This document shows positions 50,004 to 63,581 of a stretch of 64,000 nucleotides of DNA, piece after piece. The position numbers and the translations under genes are program-made. Source of the DNA: Tubulanus polymorphus (taxonomy: Eukaryota > Animalia > Nemertea); NCBI RefSeq assembly GCF_964204645.1, contig NC_134031.1:11720088-11784087 (forward strand), in the 5' to 3' direction. Below the pieces are notes generated by a model. It searched no databases and was not told the DNA's origin. It was given only the letters and a program-made list of their open reading frames with translations. Position 1 is the stretch's first letter. Each line of letters opens with the position of its first letter.

Positions 50004-52850
50004 TGTAACCAGCTGGTTGTTGTATCGGCAGGCTGGCTGGGGAACTAGCATCTACACCAGCGGTACAGGATTCCATCCATCAGGAACAACACGGCAGTTA
50101 AACCTTATATGTACAATCTTTATTGCATCCCGGAATGAGAATGATAATCATAACTTTACATAGTCTTTATATACAGAATCATGAATATAATTTGAGAACT
50201 AGGTGTCAGACAATTTGTAGATATCAGTACTCACAAACTAACACCTAGTGACATGTTTGAGAGACATAAATTAATTAATGATGAGCACTGACTAGAGCTG
50301 AATACCCTGAATACATATTGAGTAGTCTGACATGTTGATTACCGTATTTTCCGGTGTACAAGTCGACCCGGTGTATAAGTCGAGGTCAAATTTTCAGTTT
50401 AAAAAGTTGTGCTAGGGCTATAGTCGGTGTATAAGTCGAGTCGCTTCTTCATGTGTTTACATATGTCACATTGAAAACAGTGCCGATGTCATTCTCATAG
50501 TAGTTGAGAGTCTTTACCACTGTTTGTATTATTAGATCATTGGGATCTGTTGTTTCTGATATTAAATAACCGGATTAGTGCTCATTGTTTGTATCCACTG
50601 TTGGATGTATAGTGTATACGTTGAATGCCGCGCGCCTGTAGTCTAGTATTAGACTGACTGTGTATTGATTACTGGCACGCTGCCACAGCATCGCGGCTTA
50701 TTTAATCACTGTACAATGAATATACAAGGTTTTCTTTCTCTTTGATTTTTAACATTAGTTTATTTTGAAACATTTCCAAACTATAAAAAACTATTTTTAT
50801 CAACATCCTAAATTCTAATTGGTATATGAGTGTAGCCTAACATAAATTAATATTCCATTTCATCATGGCGACCTTGAACATCGTCAGTTTAAAACGATAT
50901 CGAAAGTGTAGCCGGTGTATAAGTCGACCTATGATTTTTTGTCTCGACTTATACACCGGAAAATACGGTACGATAAAGCACTAATTGATACTATATTCAT
51001 AAGTTATATTACATTATAAATACTATTATTATTAAGCATTTCATTAAGTAAGAGATACGAAATATTATGAACCATTCGATATGAAATTGTAGATATGAAA
51101 TATGTGACTTATGTCAGGGTGACATATGCCCCCTTGTCCAATTAAATTTGGTCCTCCAAATTTGCGGAAAACGTAGATGCTGAAAGCTATCAAAACTCCT
51201 TCCACTGTGAAAAACGTGTAAAATTGAGTTCCACCGTGCAAAAATGTGCAAACGCTGTGTAGTAACGGCCGGATTCTCAGTCATTCACGAAAGAGTCACA
51301 TGTTGTCGTTATATACGGACGATGCGACGATACGTTAACTGTGATTTTGAATGATCTGCAGAGGATCCCCGAATTCTGATTGATTCTGCGACGAACAAAA
51401 CTAGCGATGTGTTGTGTAGTTACAGCGTCCCGACGATCAGTTGGTGATAGCAAGTAGTACGCATTTCTCTGTTTCGAAGATCTTTCGAATACTGACTGGA
51501 AATAGCTTTGTGACGGAATTTTGTGATACAATTATAGTAACGTGCAACTTCTGACATCAGAGCAGCGTTCAGGCAATGACACAACACAAATACAGTTACC
51601 CTTGTCAACCAAAAGAAAAAAACTGATCATCATCCAAAAAGTGGTCAGGTGTAACTGAGATTATATATTTGTCCACATAAAAATTTAACCAATTATTCTT
51701 CACTTATCAGTTATACTAACAAACAAAAGATATGAACCTGTGGAAATTAAATTTGCCGATTAAACCTTCAGTATAGTCGAAATAGTTTGTTGCGAAAAAA
51801 GTATATTTACGCACTGTACTGTAAGTAGATGAATTTGACTAATTAACCTTAGACATATTCTCTGAGAAGTGTACCGTATTCTAATACTTATAGTACAAAA
51901 ATGAAACTAAAATTGATTTACGCTGATCGGAACTAGATGCCTAGAAAAAAGAATTGTGAATCATACTATTTAAACCGGCGATAACTTCTTGATCATACGG
52001 TAGTATCTTATATACAAATTCCTATAATTTTCTATCATGTTCATCTGACCACTAATTCGAGACAAAGAAGCAACTATATTACCTTCGGCTGACAAAAAGT
52101 TACCATTATGCATTGTATCCACTGAAACAGCAGCGATGTTCACAATCTGTACGGCCAACTTGTCACAGGTGGAGTTGAATACGCTCTTCTCATGAGGTCC
52201 ACGTTCCAGTCACAATCAATAGTTTAACAGCTTCATCTGTACTTGTGTAAATCACGAGGACTTAAATTCGGGTTCTCCCCATCTGTAACCGTCGATCTGT
52301 GAAGGTAAATCCGGTTCTCCGCCATCTTTAACCGGCTGGTTGTTGTATCGGCGGGCTGGCTGGGGAACTAGCATCCACACCAGGGGTACAGGATTCCATC
52401 CATCAGGAACAACAAGGTAGTTAAACCTTATAGCCTATGTACAATCTTCATTGCATCCCGGAATGAGAATGATTATCTTATCTTTACATAGTCTTTATAT
52501 ACAGAATCATGAGTATAATGTGAGAACTAGGTGTCAGACAAGTTTTAGACATCAGTAGGCCTACTCACAAACTAACACCTAGTGACATGTTTTAGAGGCG
52601 TTAATTAATTAATGATGAGCACTGACTAGAGCTAATTACTTTGAATACATATTGAGAAGTCTGACATGTTGATTACGATAAAGCACATATTGATACTATA
52701 TTCATAAGTAATATTACATTATTAATACTATTATTATTATTATTATTAAGCATTTCATATAGTAAGAGATATGAAATATTATGAACCATTCGGTATGAAA
52801 TTGTATATATATATATGATTATGAAATATGTGACTTATATCAGGGTGACA
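50004..52850 (-). mobile_element. Non-autonomous LTR retroelement (TRIM-like), copy 1
   Basis: TG..CA LTRs 50004-51124 and about 52327-52850; 4-bp TSD TCTA; PPT GGACAAGGGGGCA and TGG-initiated PBS on the minus strand; no gag/pol. Confidence 0.9.
50342..50968. mobile_element. Tc1/mariner (pogo-like) MITE in an LTR
   Basis: TIR CCGTATTTTCCGGTGTA.AAGTCGA; TA duplication; empty site GATTACGA in the other LTRs. Confidence 0.92.
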
Positions 52851-53057
52851 TCTAATTCACTAAAATAAGATGCTGAGTACATCTCCTAGGTCACCTGCAT
52901 TGAAACAACATAAAATTGTATATCTGTTCAACTATATTTTATTGATGTACAGAATCATCTGCAATAGCCCGGAATTATTTCACAATATGCAAACAATCAG
53001 TGGGAAAATAATGCTGAATCAGCATTAGAGGATGAAGAGTCATCATTAGAGAGTCGT

Positions 53058-53335
53058 CATTAAATTAATTAATGATGAGCACTGACTAGCGCTAATTACT
53101 TTGAATACATATTGAGTAGTCTGACATGTTGATTACGATAAAGCACATATTAATACTATAATTCATAAGTTATATTACATTATTAATACTATCATTATTA
53201 TTATTAAGCATTTCATATAGTGTTCAACTATATTTTATTGATGTACAGAATCATCTGCAATAGCCCGGAATTGTTTCACAATATGCAAACAATCAGTGGG
53301 AAAATAATGCTGAATCAGCATTAGAGGATGAAGAG
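53058..53335. repeat. Rearranged duplicate of an LTR fragment plus flanking DNA
   Basis: 53058-53221 matches the LTR interior (~52600-52763); 53221-53335 repeats 52925-53039. Confidence 0.75.
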
Positions 53336-54469
53336 GAAACATCAGGCGAACCTCAGTTCAAATCTTATTAAAAATCTAAAATGATAACTTGCCCTGGGAA
53401 TGGGGTGAAGTGAAATACACTGAGGCAAAATATGTTCGAAAATTATCAGGTCATAAATATTGAAGGCGAAATGATAAGCATAAGATACCTGAAAAGAGAT
53501 GAAATTTTCTAAATTGAACTGGCATGCTGTTGATGACATTGACAGGGTTCGTCGCGGGCAGTGAAAGCAGTGAATAGCAGCGAATTGAAAAAAATCTATT
53601 CACAGCTGTTAATAGCAGTGAATTTTTTAGAAAGGCAGTGGAAATGGGAAAGGGGGCAGTGAATTCGGAAATGTGTTCAATTTTGTCTGAGATTGGCAAT
53701 TTTAAAATGTCACGAGAAATTTCGAACAAAAAGTATACCGACGATGTCATGCCGACGGTAATTCAATTTCATTTTATTCATTGGTATTGTGACCATCGAC
53801 GTGTCAACCAATTCAATTCAATTTTATTCACGAGTTTTAATTTTTATGGTTGCCATGGCTACCAGGTTCAGGCAGCTGTTTCACAAAATTGCAAATGGCG
53901 GTGGTTTGCGTTCGGATTTTAAAAAAATCTCTGGCCCGTTACACTGTGGAAAAGTGGGAAAATGTACATTTCAAGATTCGTGGCATTATCATCCGGAGTA
54001 CCGTAGCTGGATTGAACGTGTTCCGAATTGTATTCATAAGTTTAGATGCAGAATTTGCATGAAATCGAACGAACTTGGAGCCGGTGGTTTGGGAGCTTTG
54101 AAGTCTCACATGAAAAGTACCCTACACCTATCTGGTGGTTTGATAGTCTCTCAAACAGTTGAATTAGATGATATGTTTGGCAAAAAAAGATCTCAACAAC
54201 AATCGCTGTGGGAAGTAAGTGTGTGCTTTTGAAATAATCGTTTCTTCTAAATAATGATTAATGTTTTCATTTGTGTTCAATTATACTTAAGTGGCTACCC
54301 ATACGTGACTACATACGCACATCATGCATGAAAGAATAGGGTTAGGGTTAGGTGAGGCTATATATAAATTAACTTTCATTGACTATATAAATTATATATA
54401 TAAATTAATTTTTTAAACATATATATAAATTAATTTTCATTGCTGTTTTCTATGGACTACTGCCATATA

Positions 54470-54752
54470 AATGAAGAAATCCCACACTTCGAATTTGAAA
54501 TTATACGATCAAATTTATTATTACGAATATCTATTTATCTTTAGTTTTGACACACCGCTTCTATTTTAGATCCTGTGAGTTTATATGCTTTGTTACTTGT
54601 TTTTCTGGTCATTCCACCTGATGATGGCTGTGAGTCAACAGCTGAAACGTTGTGGTTTCGTAATAATAAATTTGATTGTATAATTTCAAATTCGAAGTGT
54701 GGGATTTCTTCATTTATTTACAGTTTACACGGATTATAGTGTTTATTCGACA
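54470..54752 (+). mobile_element. Short Penelope-like insertion (inverted pLTR fragment) in the hAT intron
   Basis: ~60-bp inverted repeats 54467-54527 / 54657-54717; 14-bp flanking duplication ACTACTGCCATATA; hammerhead-like core. Confidence 0.65.
54614..54655 (+). ncRNA. Minimal type I hammerhead ribozyme-like motif
   Basis: CCAC-CTGATGA-T-GGCTGT(GAGTCA)ACAGCT-GAAAC-GTT-GTGG; palindromic AACGTT in place of helix III. Confidence 0.6.
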
Positions 54753-57230
54753 ACTACTGCCATATATTTTTTTATTTGGTTTCGAATCCCAATCCGGCAA
54801 TAAGTCAGAATTTTATAATAAGTATTGTGCATGTGGTAACCTACTCACTACATGGCTAACCTGTGGAGATCACTGTCAGTCACGTACGGGTAGGCTGATT
54901 GATAATTATAATACAATGTCAATGAACAAAAATTGATTTATTTAGGACCATTTATTTATCACTGGTTAAAATTTTTCTATTTTATTTTTTAGAGTACAGT
55001 CTGTTGTCGATAACAGGCCTACAACCAGTACCGGGAGTAGCAAAACCATTATTGATGATTTTGTTTCAAAAGACTCGGTCAGAAAAGCTGAAATTCTTTG
55101 GACTCTGAAGACTGTAACAAGTCATTTTTCTTTCAAATCTTGTGAGGACGTGCGTGATTTGTTTAAGCTAATGTTTGCAGACTCTGTTATCGCAGACCGA
55201 ATTACATTTAGTGAACATAAATGTAAATACCTCGCTTCGTTTGGAATTAATCCGTACTTTCGTAAAAAGTTCTGGTCGAAACTTAGTGGTACCCCATATG
55301 GTATGCTCTTTGACGAGTCGCTGAATAATCACAACCAAAAAAAACAATTGGATGTACATTTGCGATACTGGGACAACAACATGGTAGTGACAAAGTACTA
55401 TGATTCAACTTTCATCGGTCATGCTAGAGCATCTGACATGCTGCAACATTTTACTGAATTCAAATTGAATTATGGCGATCTTTTTCAAATATCTATGGAC
55501 GGTCCGAATGTCAACTGGTCATTCTATGACAAATTCAGTGAATATGTGAAAACAGAATTCAACAAAGAGTCTACCTTGCTCAATATAGGAAGCTGTGGGC
55601 TCCATATTGTGCATAATTCGTTCAAGGCTGGCTCAACTAAATCTGGATGGGACATCGAAACACTATTGCGAAGTCTGTATAGTCTGTTTAAAGATTCCCC
55701 TGCTGGAAGGGAAGATTATGAAACCGTAACCGGTAGTTCCATATTTCCGATGTAGTTCTGCGCTCATCTGTTCATAATAATCCATTATACAGAAATACTT
55801 GATTGACAGTTTTTATTATTTCAATTATTGTTTGCTTTTTCACAGGTGGCAGGATAATATTCCTGCAGTGGAAAGAGCAGTTGAAATTTGGACATCTATT
55901 CAGAAATACGTTTTGTATGTGGAAACGAAATTGAAGAATAGTGAAAAGCCAACATGTAAGGCGTACATTGATGTGAAGAATGCTGCATCAGATTATGTTG
56001 TGATTCCACGTTTTTATGCAATCTTATCAATAGCTAAGATACTCAGACCTTTTCTAGTTGATTTTCAAAGTGATCGACCTCTTATGCCTTTTATGGCATC
56101 TCAGTTCTTCATTATATTAAGAAGTTTAATGATAATATTTATTAAAGGCGATCTCATGAAAGACGCTGATAATCTGTCAAAGCTTTTGGCAATTGATGTT
56201 GAGAGCTCTAACAATTACCGTATTCATACTGATATAGATGTAGGGCACATTGCAGAGAAAAAACTGAAAGAATTACTTGCTTTGAAGAAAATTTAAGAAA
56301 GAATGGCAATGGACTTTAGAATGCGAGTGAGATCTTTTCTAGTTGCTGTAGTGGTCAAAATTAAAGCTAAGTCACCTGTTAGATATACTGTAGTGCAAAA
56401 TATGAAGTGTCTAGACCCCGTATACCTAGCTTCCCATCCGGACATTTGTAAATCAAAATTCAAAAGAATACTCGCATCGCTAAATCACTAGAATTGTTCC
56501 CGATAAAGATTGCGATGATTTGAGAAATGAATTTGAAGATTTTGTAGATATGAAAGTGGCACAACATAAATCTGTTTTTGTGGATTTTGATTGGAAAAAG
56601 GACAGGTTCGATTGTCTGTATTATGATTACACGGGTACTGATGCCTTCTGTAATTTGTGGCCGGTAGTGAAGAACTTACTTATGTTATCTCATGGCCAAG
56701 CTGCCGTTGAACGAGTCTTTTCTGTAAACCGCCAAATTGAGGAAGATAACTTATCTGAACTGTCATATTGTGCTATGCGATTCATTTGTGATTGTGTGAA
56801 AAGTGTTGGTGGTGTAAGAAATATTGAAATTAATACTGAGCTCATATCGTATTGTGGCTCTGCACATAGTTGTTACAAAGCTTATATTGATAAAAATAGA
56901 AAGCAAAACGAAGATTCCGCTAGAGCTCAAAAACGTAAACTTGAAGTGACGAAATTAGATGAATTTAAAAGTAAGAAAAGGGCGATGGAGATAGACATTA
57001 GTTCATTGCAAGATCAAGCAGATTTGTTTGCAGAGCAGGCATTGTGTACCAAGAAGCAATCTGAAACTCATAGTCTAGTAGTGAAATCAGTCGAAATGAG
57101 AAAAAGCGTGAAGAGTAAAAAAACTGAACTGGAAACTGTTGAAACAGAAATACAGACACAGTCAAAGGTCATTGATAGCGTGTAGAATTTTTACCAAAAT
57201 TTTAGTTTCGTTTCATGTGCTTATTGTATT

Positions 57231-57469
57231 ATTGAACATGTACGAATCAAGATGATACACAATATCCGTGTAACATGAATATACAAGAGAAATCCCACAA
57301 TAAATGAGCAAAAGATGAAAAGTTCTTGATTAGACTAGTACATATTGAGCAACATTAAGACTTTAGCCATCATTAGTACGCTTGACGCCTCGACATATAC
57401 TCGTATATTCAAGAACTTTTCATCTTTGGCTCATTTATTGTTGGATTTCTCTTGTATATTGAACATGTA
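57231..57469. mobile_element. Small palindromic element flanked by 12-bp direct repeats
   Basis: ~50-bp arms AATATACAAGAGAAATCC...GTTCTTGA; ATTGAACATGTA at both ends. Confidence 0.55.
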
Positions 57470-58339
57470 TTATTTTACTGTAGAAATGTGGTTGTTATGG
57501 CTTTTTATGGCTTTGTCATTTAGATTTTAATTGGCTTTTTAAGCCTTATAATGAGAAGACAATCAAAAGCAGTTCATGTTTAATAAATGAAGTATTATGC
57601 GAATATACCCAGTTGGTGCTTTTTGGTTCTTCAGCGGGTGTTTGATTGTTTTGGCTCTATCCGTAGTCTTTTGGTAACATGTCTTTACTAGGTAGCCAAA
57701 TGGCAGTGAATTTGACTTTTCATCGGCAGTGAATAGCAGTGAATTTTTGTCAGCAGTGACACAATGAACCCTGCATTGATTCGCTTGACAAATCCTGTAT
57801 CACTAGGAGTTTCCCAGAACTGCAGATATGACTGGAGTGAATGCTTGATTATTTAAGTTAATTTTTCATTTGAGGTCTCAAAACAGACTCAGAAAAAATG
57901 TTCTCAGCGTATGAACTTATTTGATTCATAATTGAAACATGTTTTTTAGGTTTTAGAGTTTATTTGTTTACTTTTTCTTAATATAAGCATCACTGAAAAT
58001 GTGCATTTGAAATGTCCTGCATTGTTTAATTCCGTTACCATGTTATATATCCCTATACATGGTTTGATAAGATTTTCACTTTGTTAGGAAAGATATGACC
58101 ACTTGCATCCCTAAAAATATGATTGGAATGGATTCTGCTTTTCAATAATTTCAAATTACTCTCTCTGGATGTGATTTGGCTATTCTTTGCATCTAGTTTA
58201 TAAAGGTGATCAATTTCCTTCTATAAATTCTTCCCTCAACTTTTTCTGAATGTTTTTGGGTTTCCAGGTAATAGTATATACACTAAACACTTCAGAATAA
58301 ACCTAATGTAGACAAAGAAAGCCATTGAATTACCAATGA

Positions 58340-59880
58340 AGATGATTATTTCGCACAAGTAATTCCATCCAACTACATGCTTTCGAGTACCTGGGAATTT
58401 TTGGATAAACTCAAAACATTCTTATTCAAGCCTTCAGACCTTTTGATTAGTTTCAATGTAGTTTCACTTTTCACCTATGTACATCTCAAAAAAACTATAG
58501 ATATTATTTCTGATTATGTCTATAATTCAGATTCCAAACCATTATATAGTAAAGCGGTATTTAGAGAACTTTTAAAATTTGCCTCTTCTGGTATTTTTAT
58601 GTATAACAATCGTTTGTTCCGTCAAGTGGATGGCATCACCATAGGCAGCCCTCTAGGTCTCACGTTTGCAAATTTCTGCCTGGCACACTTAGAAAACCGC
58701 TTATTGACTGAATCAAAATTCAAGCTAGCCCTATACTTGAGATATGATGTATTTTGTGTATTTAGAGATCATTCCACATATCTAAAGTTCTTCCAACAAT
58801 TAAACGATTTACATTCTTGTTTAGAATTCATTTTCGAATTTGGTCCTAACATTCTACCCTTCTTAGATACTCCTTTAGAATTAGGAACAATTTTATATCA
58901 AGTGTCTACCGAAATTCTTCAAATACTGGTCTTTTACTCAACTTTAATGCGATGTGTCCATTTAAGTGGAAAATAGGTTTAGTTAATTGTATGTTATTTA
59001 GATCTTACAATATATGTAACAGTTGGCAGGTTTTCGCTGAAGAATTAGATTGTCTCCGTGATATGTTTTGCCGTAACGGTTACCCAGGTAGGGTCTTTGA
59101 TAATTGTGTCATACGTTTTCTGGATTCTAGATTTACGCCGGGTAATAAACAGATTGAACGCGATGAAGTTTCTCAATTTATCTCTATTCCATATGTGGGC
59201 CCGTAAGATCATAAAATTTGTTCAAAAAACATTATTGCATTGATCTCAAGTGCTCATTCACTACCACAGAGATTAAGAATTTCTTCTCATTGAAATGTCC
59301 TACTCCTAAATCCCTTAAGGCTAATGTTGTATACAAATTCAATTAATTATGTAATGTAAACATCTCCTACATAGGAAAAACTAAACAACATCTAGCTACG
59401 AGAGTTAAAGAGCATCGGACAAACAAATCGCTATAGGACAACATTTAACTATCTCTTCCACTTGTAGTCAGGACTTCAATGAAAACAAATTCAAGATTTT
59501 AGACAAAACTTACTCAGACTTTGAATGTAAAATCCGAGAGGCTTTGTTTATTAGATTAGATAAGCCGTCTTAAAACTTACAATTGTTTCAAAATGGTTCC
59601 TCATTCATTTTAAATGTATTTCGTTAATCTGGCCTTTTCTGGTTGTTACCAGGTTATATTATGTAATCTTCTGCTATTTTAAGCACCACTGTTGACCTGT
59701 TTCTGTAAACTTATATCTTAACATACTGTAGTTTTGCATCATTTGTTACTTGTCTTGAGAAGTGGTATATGTTAACCCGAAAACGTTCGACTTATTCAAC
59801 ATGATTTATATATATGGAAAATGAAACTGTTTGTTCTTTTATGGATTTTTAATTATCTGAACTCTCTACTGAGGATTTGA
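58340..59880 (+). pseudogene. Penelope-like element: decayed reverse transcriptase plus GIY-YIG endonuclease, 5'-truncated
   Basis: ISFNVVSLFT, RQVDGITIGSPLG, YLRYD, LPFLD, F..NGYP, then ANVVYKF..SYIGKTKQHLATRVKEH. Confidence 0.88.
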
Positions 59881-60201
59881 AACTAGAAAGCTCCATTTCT
59901 AGAGTTCTCATTTAACGAGTTAATTCTCAAAACCTTGAATAGTCCGCCATCCAAGATCGATCTTTAAGCATTTTTGGGTAGAACTTGGCAACATACATCG
60001 ATGGATAGACCATAATGTCAGCATCCAGAATCAGGTTGTTGCCACTGTGGCAACTTCATTTTTTGCATCTAGGGGGCGCTAAAGTCTGTACCCTCTGTTT
60101 ATCCCAAATTTAAGCTAAATTTAACAAAAAATAACGCAAAAGTGAATTCATTTTATTACCTGGACGTCAAGTGAATGGTGCTGAAACATGTACTAGTGAT
60201 G

Positions 60202-62418
60202 TGTAACCGTCGATCTGTGAAGGTAAATCCGGTTCTCCGCCATCTGTTACCGGCTGGTTGTTGTATCGGCAGGCTGGCTGGGGAACTAGCATTTACACCA
60301 GCGGTACAGGATTCCATCCATCAGGAACAACAAAGCAGTTAAACCTTATATGTACAATCTTATTGCATCCCGGAATGAGAATGATTATCATAGCTTTACA
60401 GAGTCTTTATATACAGAATCATGAGTATAATGTGAGAACTAGGTGTCAGACAAGTTGTAGACATCAAGACTCACAAACAAACACCTAGTGACATGTTTGA
60501 GAGACATTAATTAATTATCGATGAGCACTATAGCTAATTATTGTGAAAACATGTTGAGTAATGTCACATGTTGATTACGACCTTAAAGCACATATTGACA
60601 CTATAGTCATAAGTTATATTATATTATTATTATTATTATTATCATTAATATGTAGTAGAGCAATGAAATATTATGAACTGTTCGATATGACATTGTAGAT
60701 CTATATGATTATGAAATATGCAAATTATATCAGGGTGACAGATGCCCCCTTGTCCAATTAAATTTGGTCCTCCAAATTTGCGGAAAATGCAGATGCTATA
60801 AGTTCATTAAAACTCCTTCCACTGCGACAACATGTAAAATTGAGTTTCACCGCGCGAAAATGTGCAAACGCTGGACAGTAACATCCGGATTATCAGTCAT
60901 TCACGAAAGAGTCACATGTTGTCGTTATATGCGGACAATGCGATGATACGTTAACTGTAATTTTGAATGATCTGCAAAGGATCCCCGAATTCTGGCTGAT
61001 TCTGTGACGAAGGAACAGAAGTAACGACGTGTTGTGTAGCTGTAGCGTCCAGAAGTCCAGTTGGTGATTGCAAGTAGTACTGGAATGCATTTCTCTGTTT
61101 TGAAGATCTTTCGATTACTGACTGGAAATAACATCGTGACACAATGATAGTAACATGCAACATCTGACATCAGAGCAGAGTTCAGGCAATGACACAACAC
61201 AAATACAGTTACCCTTGTCAACCAAAAGGAAAAAATGATCATCATCCAAAATAAGTGGCCAGGTGTAACTGAGATTATATATTTGTCCACATAAAAATTC
61301 AACCAATTCATATTCATGTTTTAGTTATACTAACAAACAAAAAATATTAACCTATGAAAATGAAAATTGCCGATTAAACCTTTTGTATAGTCGAAATAGT
61401 TTGTTGCGAAAAAAGTATAGATACGCACTGTACTGTAAGTAGATGAATTTGACTAATTAACCTTAGACATATCCCCTGAGAAGTGTTCCGTATTCTAACA
61501 CTTATAGTACGAAATGAAACTAAAATTGATTTATAATGATTGGAACTAGATGCCTAGAAAAAAAGAATTGTGAATCATACTATTTAAACCGGCGATAACT
61601 TTTTTGATCGTACGGTAGTATCTTATATCCAAATTCCTATAATTTTCTATCATGTTCATCTGACCACTAATTCGAGACAAAGAAGCAACTGTATTACCTT
61701 CGGCTGACAAAAAGTTACCGTAATGCATTGTATCCACTGAAACAGCAGCAATGTTCACGATCAGTACGGCCATCTCGTCACAGGTGTAGTTGAATACGAT
61801 CTTCTCGTGTCAGTCACAACCAATAGTTTAACAGCTTCATCTGTACTTGTGTAAGTCACGAGGACGTAAATTTGGGTTCTCCACCATCTGTAACCGTCGA
61901 TCTGTGAAGGTAAATCCGGTTCTCCGCCATCTGTAACCGGCTGGTTGTTGTATCAGCAGGCTGGCTGGGGAACTAGCATTTACACCAGCGGTACAGGAGA
62001 ACAACAAGGCAGTTAAACCTTATATGTAAAATCTTATTGCATCCCGAATTGAGAATGATTATCATAGCTCTACAGAGTCTTTATATACAGAATCATGAGT
62101 ATAATGTGAGAACTAGGTGTCAGACAAGTTGTAGACATCAGGACTCACAAACACCTAGTGACATGTTTGAGAGACATTAATTAATTATCGATGAGCACTG
62201 ACTAGCTAATTATTGTGAAAACATGTTGAGTAATGTCACATGTTGATTACGACCTTAAAGCACATATTGACACTATAGTCATAAGTTATATTATATTAAT
62301 ATTATTATTATTATTATTGTTATTAATATGTAGTAGAGCTATGAAATATTATGAACCGTTCGATATGACATTGTAGATCTATATGATTATGAAATATGCA
62401 AATTATATCAGGGTGACA
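60202..62418 (-). mobile_element. Non-autonomous LTR retroelement (TRIM-like), copy 2
   Basis: LTRs 60202-60740 and 61889-62418; TSD GATG; PBS TGGTGGAGAA and PPT on the minus strand; internal region homologous to 51125-52283. Confidence 0.92.
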
Positions 62419-63581
62419 GATGACATACCATAGTCATGCACAAATATAAATGTCAATACAATCACTTTTTTTCATTGTTGTGTGTTGCGTGTTGCCTAGC
62501 AACATAAATCTGGTGCCTACATTTACTTGAAAATATACTGAAAAAAACTTTTAAGCTCTAAAAGTAATACTTTGACATTATATTTTTTCAAACAATTTTT
62601 ACTGATAATACTTGACCATTGTTAGTTTACTTTCCTCAATCATCGGCCAATTCATTGTTGCCACACCGTTGCTATGGTTATAGGAAAACAGTACCCAATA
62701 TCTATGAATTTATCTGACAATCTTTGCATTTACGTTATCTTACTCTAAAGGTAAGTAAACAACATGTCTACAATAAATTATGGTTGCTATGGATTTTAGA
62801 ATCCCCTGATATTCAAATTAAATTGTCATTGTTGTGTTTCCATAGCAACATGCTCCCGTTATTACTGTATTGTGGATATTTCGAAATTTGCCATAACTCT
62901 GGTTCTAGTACAGAGAAAAAGCTGATATTGGTGTCATTTCCTAGGTTTCCATAGACCCGGAATCCATTTCCGATGAGATAAATCCATTTAAATAAAGATT
63001 GAACGAAATTCTGATAGTATTTTGACAAAAGAGCCCATTAATCACTTTACATAAATTCAGCTTTTAATACTTGAAATGAATTTAACTACATACATATTTG
63101 TATTTATTAAGGTCGCAACATTGTTAAATATAATATATCAGCACTTTTCACGAAGCTTTATAAAATATCTTTATAAATTATGTTCATTTTATTGTTTAGA
63201 CACTGAAAGTTTGTACCACTAACATATTCTCACTTGTACTAATTATTCAGTCACATAAAGCCTACATATAAACTGTCAACTATTACAATACGCGAAACAG
63301 ATATGATTCAACTATTAATACAATAGTATCATAAATACATGTACTGTATTACACTTATTGTTTAATTAACACTATTTTGACCTATTTCAGAAGTTTTACA
63401 GAACTATCACACATTAGAAACATTGCATCGCTATAATTACTACCATACATCATTACGATAACTATTACAATAGTATCACTACTTACATATCATAATTGTT
63501 ATACACTATTTGAACTATCACAAAAACTATTATTACAACAATATTCTTCAGAACTATTACAGGCATTATAGAACTATCCAA

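Larger units (their letters stand above)
53860..57185 (+). pseudogene. Intron-containing hAT transposase, inactivated
   Basis: BED-like finger (W..CRIC..ALKSHMKSTLH) ending at GTAAGT; FDESLN, SMDGPNVN, SCGLH, RW, LSHGQAAVERVFS; in-frame stops at 55753, 56294 and 56489. Confidence 0.85.
53543..57773 (+). mobile_element. hAT-superfamily transposon with 6-bp TSD
   Basis: TIR CAGGGTTC / GAACCCTG; TSD CATTGA; subterminal GCAGTGAA repeats at both ends. Confidence 0.88.

Noticed and set aside
51277-52158. Conserved ORFs in the LTR-element interiors (also 60893-61773)
   Set aside because: Similarity is explained by DNA paralogy; non-ATG starts, frames not conserved, no gag/pol motifs
54337-54352. 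Telomere (TAGGGTTAGGGTTAGG)
   Set aside because: Fewer than three units, interstitial, inside a transposon intron
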